Source: Octopus sinensis
Taxonomy: Eukaryota
DNA length: 13,224 nucleotides
NCBI RefSeq assembly: GCF_006345805.1
Contig: NW_021826315.1
Span: forward strand, 1 to 13,224
Reading direction: 5' to 3'
Shown: in pieces, positions 1 through 7,000 of the stretch
Layout of the letters: every line of letters begins with the position of its first letter
Position numbering within the stretch: the first letter of the stretch is position 1
The notes under the pieces: generated by a model
Told to the model about the DNA's origin: nothing
Database searches by the model: none
The model's input: only the letters and a program-made list of their open reading frames with translations
Translations under genes and position numbers: made by a program

Positions 1-275
1 AAACCTAAAGATCTAAGGCTCTTTCATTGGAATTTCAACATCATCAGCAGAGTATTTTTGTTTGTTTGTTTGTATGTATGTATATGTGCAGCTTTGTATA
101 TTTTGTGTTACGTATGTATTTTCATGCATATAATTGCATATCAAAGCATGCTCATGTATATTTAAATGATAAAACTTTTGGAAAGTTTTGCAGATTTTTA
201 CAGTTCCAGTGATAGACTGATAGATCTGTAGTCTTCAAATCAACTTTCTCCTTTTTGGTTTTGAGAAGCCTAATT

Positions 276-289
276 AATATAATATATAT

Positions 290-342
<53 letters not shown>

Positions 343-409
343 TTGTGTGTCTGTGTTTGTCCCCCTAAGCATTGCTTGACAACCGATGCTGGTGTGTTTA
401 TGTCCCCGT
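276..409 (+). mobile_element. Internal fragment of tRNA-derived SINE family A, with (TA)/(GT) tract
   Basis: gtttgtccccctaagcattgcttgacaaccgatgctggtgtgtttatgtccccgt matches the bodies of the SINEs at 2140-2554 and 5319-5740. Confidence 0.85.
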
Positions 410-1283
410 TTGTATATTTAAATGATAAAACTTTTGGAAAGTTTTACAGATTTTTACAGTTCCAGTGATGGATTGGATCTATAGTCTTCGAATCAGCTTT
501 CTCTTTTATGGTTTTGAGAAGCCTAATTTCTCAAGATTGGTATTTAGGCAGTGTGTTACATATCTCTATATATGTCATTATTCAGTTTTATCCCAAGATT
601 TCTCGTCCATAGAGAAAGAGCTGGTCTCTAACCTAGATCCAAGGGATCTCACCATCAACAACAGGGTATGTTTTTAGGTATGTATATGTGCAGATTTATA
701 TGTTTTGTTGTATGTATGTATTTTCATGCATATAATTGCATATCAAGGCATGCTCATGTATATTTAAATGATAAAACTTTTTGAAAGTTTTACAGATTTT
801 TACAGTTCCAGTGATAGACTGATAGATCTGTAGTCTTCAAATCAACTTTCTCCTTTTTGGTTTTGAGAAGCCTAATTTCTCAAGATTGCTATTTAGGCAG
901 TGTGTTACATATCTCTATATATGTCATTATTCAGTTTTATTCCAAGATTTCTTGGAGAAAGAGCTGGTCTCTAACCTAGATCCAAGGGATCTCACCATCA
1001 TTAGAATCTCACCATCAACAACAGGGTATGTTTTTAGGTATGTATATGTGCAGATTTATATGTTTTGTTGTATGTATGTATTTTCATGCATATAATTGCA
1101 TATCAAGGCATGCTCATGTATATTTAAATGATAAAACTTTTTGAAAGTTTTACAGATTTTTACAGTTCCAGTGATAGATTGATAGATTGATAGATCTGTA
1201 GTCTTCAAATCAACTTTCTCCTTTTTGGTTTTGAGAAGCCTAATTTCTCAAGATTACTATTTAGGCAGTGTGTTACATATCTC

Positions 1284-1789
1284 TATATATGTCATTATTC
1301 AGTTTTATTCCAAGATTTCTTGGAGAAAGAGCTGGTCTCTAACCTAGATCCAAGGGATCTCACCATCATTGGAATCTCACCATCAACAACAGGGTATGTT
1401 TTTAGGTATGTATATGTGCAGATTTATATGTTTTGTTGTATGTATGTATTTTCATGCATATAATTGCATATCAAGGCATACTCATGTATATTTAAATGAT
1501 AAAACTTTTGGAAAGTTTTACAGATCTTTACAGTTCCATTGATAGATTGATAGATCTGTAGTCTTCAAATCAACTTTCTCCTTTTTGGTTTTGAGAAGCC
1601 TAATTTCTCAAGATTGGTATTGAGGCAGTCTGTGACATATCTCAGGACCCCAATAATTACTGGTACAAAACCTGAACTTGTTATTCTGATAGAGTAATTG
1701 TAGATTCCTCAATAGTTAAGCATAGGTATTTTCTTTTCCGCTGATTTTTAAGCTTTGTTAACATCTGCTGGATAGCTAAGTTCCACAAC
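1284..1789 (-). mobile_element. Longest 5'-truncated copy of the RLE non-LTR retrotransposon (endonuclease C-terminus + 3' UTR), decayed
   Basis: Across frameshifts the minus strand reads VVELSYPADVN / ISGKENTYA*LLRNLQLLYQNNKFRF / VPVIIGVLRYVTDCLNTNLEKLG. This fits the E-x2-P...KE-x2-Y...PVIIGALG pattern at the end of RLE domains and matches the copy at 9941. Confidence 0.75.
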
Positions 1790-1790
1790 T

Positions 1791-2024
1791 GTATGTATGT
1801 ATGAATGTATGTATGTGTGTATGTATGTATGTATGTGTGTATGTATGTATACCTGCAGCTTTGTATGTTTTGTTTTATGTATGTATTCTCATGCATATAA
1901 TTGCGTATCAAGGCATGCTCATGTATATTTGAATGATAAAACTTCTGGAAAGTTTTACAGATTTTTACAGTTCCAGTGATGGATTCGATCTGTAATCTTC
2001 GAATCAGCTTTCTCTTTTATGGTT
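1791..2024 (-). mobile_element. Additional 5'-truncated RLE retrotransposon 3' fragment (variant B) ending in an (ATAC)n tract
   Basis: Homologous to the array units, with the variant ...AAGCTGATTCGAAGATTACAGATCGAATCCATCACTGGA. (GTAT)n lies at 1791-1850. Confidence 0.85.
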
Positions 2025-2085
2025 TGGGACTGAACCTGGAATCGTGTGGTTGGTAAGCAAGCTTCTTACCACAGAGCCACTCCTC
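2025..2085 (-). mobile_element. 5' (tRNA-like head) fragment of SINE family A
   Basis: Reverse complement aggagtggctctgtggtaagaagcttgcttaccaaccacacgattccaggttcagtccca matches 2147-2206 (7 mismatches in 60 nt by my count). Confidence 0.85.
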
Positions 2086-2139
2086 ATCAACAGTTAAAAA
2101 AAATATGTCGACTTTCAATGTTATTATATCAGTATTATA

Positions 2140-2554
2140 TAGGCGCAGGAGTGGCTGTGTGGTAAGTAGCTTGCTAACCAGCCACATGGTTCCGGGTTCA
2201 GTCCCACTGCGTGGCACCTTGGGCAAGTGTCTTCTGCTATAGTCCCGGGCCGACCAATGCCTTGTGAGTGGATTTGGTAGACGGAAACTGAAAGAAGCCT
2301 GTCGTATATATGTATATATATATATTATAAGTGTGTGTGTATATGTTTGTGTTTGTCCCCCTAGCATTGCTTGACAACCGATGGTGGTGTGTTTACGCCC
2401 CCGTCACTTAGCGGTTCGGCAAAAGAGACCGATAGAATAAGTACTGGGCTTACAAAGAATAAGTCCCGGGGTCGATTTGGTCGACTAAAGGCGGTGCTCC
2501 AGCATGACCGCAGTCAAATGACTGAAACAAGTAAAAGAGTAAAGAGTAAGAGTA
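2140..2554 (+). mobile_element. Full-length tRNA-derived SINE (family A, CORE-like ccttgggcaag segment)
   Basis: Has an A-box-like TGGCTGTGTGGTA, a B-box-like GGTTCCGGGTTCAGTCCC, a central (TA)/(GT) tract and an (AGAGTA)n tail. A near-identical copy lies at 5319-5740. Confidence 0.9.
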
Positions 2555-2627
2555 TAATGTTCCACTAACTTTAATGTATGTCTAATTTTCCCTTTCAGAC
2601 CAATTACTAAGTTCTGCTACTTTCAGG

Positions 2628-2845
2628 ATGGCTTCTAGAATATGTAAAAATTCTCCAGATACATTTTGCTATGTGTGTGGTTTATTATATTGGAAAAAAA
2701 GCAAGTATTACATAAGATTTTGAAAGGTGCTAAATTGTGAATAGCGTACAGACTATTTCGGAATGCCCATGGGTGACCAGGACAAACCATGGGCCCCCCA
2801 CATGTGATATGTGGAAGTTCTAGAATGATGGTTAAGAGGTACAGG
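2628..2845 (+). mobile_element. Decayed 5' coding end of a Chapaev-type (CMC superfamily) DNA transposase
   Basis: One frame from ATG 2628 reads MASRICKNSPDTFCYVCG...(stops)...DYFGMPMGDQDKPWAPHM*...WLRG. The C-x-N-S-P-D-x-F-C-Y-x-C-G and YFG-x3-GDQDKxWAPH motifs are characteristic of the Chapaev transposase N-terminus. An acceptor-like ctttcag precedes the ATG. Confidence 0.8.
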
Positions 2846-2881
2846 ATGATTTAATCAGGTATCACTTACCTGCACTAAATC

Positions 2882-3114
2882 GAAAGGGGATGCAATTCGA
2901 AACTGAATAGGAAAAAAAAAAAAATTCTTTACACCCCCTCTGTCAAAATTTTATCGAATTTGACACTTTAGCGACATCAGATCTTTTACTATTTGAAACG
3001 ATGGTTGTAAAGATCTGATGTCTCTAAAGTGTCAAATTTGATAAAATTTTTTCACAGAGGGGGTGTAAAGAATTTTTTTCTTCTTAATAGCTCAGTTTCG
3101 AATTGCCCTCTTTC
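2882..3114. mobile_element. Fold-back / MITE-like long palindrome, arms about 105 bp
   Basis: Arm pairs: gcaattcgaaactga / tcagtttcgaattgc; attctttacaccccctctgt / acagagggggtgtaaagaat; aaaattttatcgaatttgacactttag / ctaaagtgtcaaatttgataaaatttt; gacatcagatcttt / aaagatctgatgtc. The loop is at about 2992-3000. Superfamily is not identified. Confidence 0.8.
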
Positions 3115-3320
3115 TCTTCTTGGTTATACTAAACATTGTGTACAAGAGGTATAACCCTACACATGGCCCACCAAAATATTACCGTGCTCCACCGGTTGGG
3201 CATGCGCCCCATGTTGGGAATCACAGCCATAGAGGGATAAGGCTGGTTTAAAAACTAGGCAACTCAGGAATTCCAAATTATCCCTTGGTTAGAGGAAACT
3301 GTGAGAGAGAGAGAGAGAGA

Positions 3321-3580
3321 TCCTTTGCCCTCCTGTGTTTATTCCCTCCATCTGAGGTTACCGTGGTCTTTTCCGTAGGCTTTTCTGTCTACGGGTAAAC
3401 CTAATTTTGCTTCTTACATTAAAAAAAAATTCTTTCTGTGATACACGATCCCTTTTGAACGCCTTTTTTCCCGACCCCTTTTGATCGGAATTTTACTTTT
3501 TTTCTCCTTTTTCTTTTTCCTTTCCGAAAAGAAAAACTCTACATTTGTATTTGTCCCCTCTGTGTGGCCAATAAAGAAAG
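3321..3580 (+). mobile_element. Probable 3' UTR fragment of a Tx1/L1-like LINE
   Basis: T-rich segment ending tgtatttgtcccctctgtgtggccAATAAAgaaa, similar to the 3' end of the element at 4434-5057. It lies between (GA)n and (TATC)n tracts. No coding part is retained. Confidence 0.45.
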
Positions 3581-3617
3581 TTATCTATCTATCGTGTCTC
3601 TCTCTCTCTATAATATA

Positions 3618-3853
3618 TCACGTGATCACGTGACCGACCAGACCATCAGATGTTGCTACACATCGCTGGTCACAATGCCTTCAAATGACGCCACCCCGCT
3701 GGCTAAGCGAGCAGGCCAACAGAAGAAAGAGTGAGAGGAAGTTGTGGCGAAAGAGTACAGCAGGGATCGCCACCAACCCCTGCCGGAGCCTCGTGGATCT
3801 TTAGGTGTTTTTGCTCACAACGCCCGGTCTGGGAATCGAAACCGCGATGCTAC
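3618..3853 (-). mobile_element. tRNA-derived SINE (family C), head truncated
   Basis: B-box-like GGTTTCGATTCCC on the minus strand at about 3831-3843. The GC-rich body and the terminal TCACGTGATCACGTGA are recalled as an abundant octopus repeat. It is single copy in this window. Confidence 0.65.
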
Positions 3854-4214
3854 AATTTACTTAATCTTTTCTTTTTAATTGTTATTTTAATTTGAACTTT
3901 TCTATTATATGTAATTTTCTAGATGGTGTAATTTAATTATTCATTTTGAATTGTTTATTATATTGTGTGAAATTTGATTTAGTATTTCTAAATTTAATTC
4001 TTTCCTTGTAAGTTTGGATTTTATTCCCTCAAATAATGATAATAATAATAATAATAATATCTATATCTATATCTGTCTGTCTGTCTGTCTTATTTTATTT
4101 TATTTTATTTTTTTTATTTATTTTATTTTATTTATAAGCAGACCTAAACTTTTTCAGGTCAATTTTGTGATTTAAATATCGCGAAAGCAAAATTAAAGAA
4201 ATCTTTCTACTCAC

Positions 4215-4351
4215 CCTGCCACCCTCGAACTTAAGGGGCTTCAGGTTGGGATCGAACACCAGTGACTTGGGGTTGATGTCCACTGGGGACTGTTGCTTGC
4301 CCTTCTCGCATAGGATCCATTCCTGGTTGTTTAAACCCCAGTACTCCGGGC
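4215..4351 (-). CDS. CA10: Internal coding exon of an alpha-carbonic anhydrase, carbonic anhydrase-related protein 10 (CARP/CA10)-like
   Basis: Minus-strand translation (G)PEYWGLNNQEWILCEKGKQQSPVDINPKSLVFDPNLKPLKFEGGR carries the alpha-CA N-terminal motifs GPxxWG, C-x2-G-x2-QSPxDI and the CARP-type FDPxLxPL. It is bounded by acceptor ttgttgCAG (AG at 4353-4352) and donor AGG|GTGAGT (4214-4209). Length is 137 nt, phase 1 in and phase 0 out. The supplied ORF 4128..4481 over-extends into microsatellite and intron. The symbol denotes family resemblance, not proven orthology. Confidence 0.85.
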
Positions 4352-4410
4352 CTGCAACAACAACAACGACAAAGAAACAATAATAACAACAAAAACAACA
4401 ACAACAATAA
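4352..4410 (-). other. 3' splice acceptor region formed by a (TTG)n/(TTA)n microsatellite
   Basis: Minus strand reads ...ttgttgttattattgtttctttgtcgttgttgttgttgCAG directly before the CA exon. Confidence 0.7.
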
Positions 4411-4433
4411 TAATAATAATAATAATAATAATT

Positions 4434-5057
4434 AATTCTTTTTATTGGCCACAAGGGCCGACAAACATGATTGGAAAACATAAAGGGACAAAACAGGACG
4501 AAAGGTTACAAAGGGTTTTGTCCGTTTTTCAAAAGAAAAAAATCCGTGTAAACAAGCTTTAACAACAACGAAAGAAATTCAACAATTTACAAAACTCCCA
4601 ATAGAGGAGACGCTTCGAAAAAAGGAAAATGTCTCACGTGGAAAAACCCATAAAAGCCACGGGAGCCTGGTCAAAAGCGGGGTAGAGAGCCCCTTTCTCC
4701 TTTTATAATACCTTTTTCAATTACAGGCGAAACCTCAGAATTGGTCCATTTATACTGGCCATTCTTGCACAATTCACCCACCTTTCAGAAAACTTGCCAT
4801 CAGACAGCACTCTCCTCTCTAACCTCATCTTCCTTTCAAGTGAAACTTGAAAAAGTTGATGAGGCCTTGACCAAAGAGGAAAGTGTCTGACTTTAGCCAT
4901 TTCAAACGGGTCCACCATACAACCTCTTTCGCCACAGCCACTAGGCACAGGAAAACGGCCTTTCCCTCCTTGTTAAAAGAGGTCGGCGGGGCAGTCTTCA
5001 CTATGGATTCAGCTGATAGCCGGATCCGTCCTACAGGTGACAGTAGCTGTTCGACAT
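4434..5057 (-). mobile_element. 5'-truncated Tx1/L1-clade LINE (ORF2 C-terminus + 3' UTR)
   Basis: ORFs 4825..5145 and 4721..4948 join across a frameshift: LSAESIVKTAPPTSFNKEGKAVFLCLVAVAKEVVWWTRLK...LINFFKFHL/RKMRLERRVLSDGKFSERW...FRL*. This resembles the Tx1-type AKxxxWxxR...FF...R...F...W terminus. The 3' UTR ends cccttgtggccAATAAAagaa, and (TAA)n lies on both sides. Confidence 0.7.
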
Positions 5058-5297
5058 AAAACAATAACAATAATAATAATAATAATGATACAAAAATCAG
5101 TATTGCTTGGTTCTGCATGAATTCTTCGCAAGGTTCTTGAAGCATGACCAGTAAACAAGTGTCACCTTACTGGACCTTAATGTCACCTGCAGTGGATAGC
5201 AAATGCTTTCCATCGTACCCAGCAAAAAAAGGTGAGGGTTCATATAATAAATAATCATAATAATAATAATAAAAATTAATAATAATGATAATAATAA

Positions 5298-6240
5298 GTG
5301 CAGTCCGACAAAACTATAGGCGCAGGAGTGGCTGTGTGGTAAGTAGCTTGCTAACCAACCACATGGTTCCGGGTTCAGTCCCACTGCGTGGCACCTTGGG
5401 CAAGTGTCTTCTGCTATAGCCGCGGGCCGACCAATGCCTTGTGAGGGATTTGGGAGACGGAAACTGAAAGAAGCCTGTCGTATATATTATATATATATAT
5501 ATATATTATATATATATATATATATGTATGTGTTTGTGTCTGTGTTTGTCCCCCTAGCATTGCTTGACAACCGATGCTGGTGTGTTTACGTCCCCGTTAC
5601 TTAGCAGCTCGGCAAAAGAGACCGATAGAATAAGTACTAGGCTTACAAAGAATAAGACCCGGGGTCGAGTTGCTCGACTAAAGGCGGTGCTCCAGCATGG
5701 CCGCAGTCAAATGACTGAAACAAGTAAAAGAGTAAGAGTAAGCTCATAAACCGGATATTATTATATCCGACAAAAAATGATCAGACACAAAATGTGTGTT
5801 TATTATTTGACATGAGTATCCCTTGCGATCACAATATAACGGCGAAAGAATTTGACAAGATCAGTAAATATAAAGACTTGCTAATAGAAATTGAAAAAAT
5901 GTGGCATCTCAAGGCGACTACAGTACCAGTGATTGTAGGATCTCTAGGAATGATAAAAAAAGGTACTGAAACCTATTTGAAAATGATACCAGGTTTACCA
6001 TCCCTACAGGAAGTGCAAAAAGTCGTGTCAACTGGAACGGCTCATGTACTGAGAAGAGCATTATCGCTCTGAAAAACAACATCCATTCATGAATTTATTT
6101 ATTTATTAATTTTTTTAAATACATATTTTATCTGTGAATTTGCGCGTGTAATCTGGGAATGCGTACAATGAGCTTCTCTGCCCTAGGTGTATGGAAAACA
6201 CTCGGCGAGAAACGGAAGAAAATTTGAAGAAAGAAGGAAA
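5298..6240 (+). mobile_element. 5'-truncated R4/Dong-like RLE non-LTR retrotransposon, interrupted by a SINE
   Basis: VQSDKTI (5298-5318) [SINE] AHKPDIIISDKK / VCLLFDMSIPCDHNITAKEFDKISKYKDLLIEIEKMWHLKATTVPVIVGSLGMIKKG...TGTAHVLRRALSL* (stop 6070-6072) gives the PD..D..P..K..KY RLE motif. The 3' UTR is followed by a (TAA)n tail at 6239-6320, and (TAA)n also precedes the 5' end. Confidence 0.85.
5319..5740 (+). mobile_element. Full-length SINE family A, nested in the R4-like element
   Basis: Near-identical to 2140-2554 from ggcgcaggagtggctgtgtgg to the (AGAGTA)n tail. Confidence 0.9.
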
Positions 6241-6281
6241 TAATAATAATAATAATAATGATAATAATGATAATAATAATG

Positions 6282-6320
<39 letters not shown>

Positions 6321-6332
6321 TAGCAGCAGCAG

Positions 6333-6873
6333 CCCTGATGCAGTACCAGGCAGTGGCTCTCACGGCTTCTGATCTTAACTGATTGGAAGTGTTATCATGT
6401 ACATTGTTTTGTCTTGGTGTAAAAGATGGGCTACAGCAAATATTCTGCTAAATTCCACAGATTGCTTGTCAGTTGTTGACCATAACCAGTTGAGCTGTCC
6501 TGGGGCTGACGATATGTACATCTCTGATCACGAGCAGAAGTAGTGGGGGAGATCATAGCCGTGTATTGAGAGGGATTTTGGAGGTTTGAATAATTCACCT
6601 CTGGAAACATGGGTGTTTCGTTCAACATCCGTAAAAAACCTTATTCAGGGTCTTTTGAGCAGGATGTGCTACTCGACCTGATGAAAATCTAAACTGGGCC
6701 CCACCTGCCAGGGTCATGTGCTGTTTATCTTGATATGAGATCACCATGTTGCGTACATATGGTTGTGATGCATGTGGCTGTGTACCTTATCAGAAGGGTA
6801 GTCATGATGGGTATATGGGCTTCGTATATTTTACCCCAGTGTCACTTTGATGGCATGCAATGCTCTTCACTCC
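6333..6873. mobile_element. Unclassified approximately 540-bp interspersed element between (TAA)n tracts
   Basis: Higher-GC, non-coding block sharply bounded by (TAA)n on both sides. I recall it as a high-copy octopus repeat. It is single copy here, so it is not provable from the window. Confidence 0.5.
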
Positions 6874-6891
6874 ATAATAATAATAATAATA

Positions 6892-6987
6892 ATGGTTTCA
6901 AGATTTGGCACAAGGCCAGCAATTTCGACAGAGTGATTAACTTGATTAAATCGACCTCCAGAGCTCAAATGGTACTTATTTCATCCT
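6892..6987 (-). mobile_element. 3' fragment of SINE family B
   Basis: aatggtttcaagatttggcacaaggccagcaattt...tcgacctccagagctcaaatggtacttatt parallels 10206-10290 and is the reverse complement of the 3' part of 7404-7568. Confidence 0.7.
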
Positions 6988-7000
6988 AATTATTATTATT

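Larger units (their letters stand above)
1..1789 (-). repeat. Head-to-tail tandem array of 3' ends of an RLE-type (R2-group) non-LTR retrotransposon, units about 350-370 bp
   Basis: Near-identical units with junctions at 566/567, 915/916 and 1283/1284 (units of 349 and 368 bp), plus partial units at 1-275 and 411-566. The minus strand of each unit encodes YVTHCLNxNLEKLGFSKPKRRKLI*RLQIYQSITGTVKICKTFQKFII* followed by non-coding sequence, ending in AATAAAACTGAATAATGA (AATAAA intact in two of the three junction-proximal ends). Confidence 0.85.

Noticed and set aside
27-1095. Plus-strand ORFs 27..212, 465..677, 886..1095 (and 1797..1979)
   Set aside because: They are antisense readings of the retrotransposon-end repeat. 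The real decayed frame is on the minus strand.
2017-2568. ORFs over SINE A (also 5097..5384, 5404..5604, 5564..5749) and possible tRNA genes
   Set aside because: These are SINE-derived ORFs repeated in both copies. The heads have A/B-box-like motifs but no complete cloverleaf that I can build.
3190-3232. gttgggaatcacag resembling a hAT/Charlie terminal inverted repeat
   Set aside because: No partner TIR or 8-bp TSD was found in the window, and the match is too short to support a call.
3618-3633. 16-bp palindrome TCACGTGATCACGTGA (double E-box) as a specific regulatory site
   Set aside because: It is the terminus of a SINE and so likely present at very many loci. There is no locus-specific evidence.
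4128-4481. 117-aa ORF as a complete single-exon protein
   Set aside because: The poly-Y/C/V N-terminus is microsatellite and the C-terminus is intron. Only 4215-4351 lies between splice sites.
5089-5242. 150-nt unique island within the TAA chain as an additional exon
   Set aside because: No minus-strand frame resembles CA and it has no convincing acceptor-donor pair.
6333-6400. Faint resemblance to U2 snRNA segments (gcagtacc, cagttaagatc)
   Set aside because: Only scattered short matches on inconsistent strands, with no Sm site or U2 5' end.
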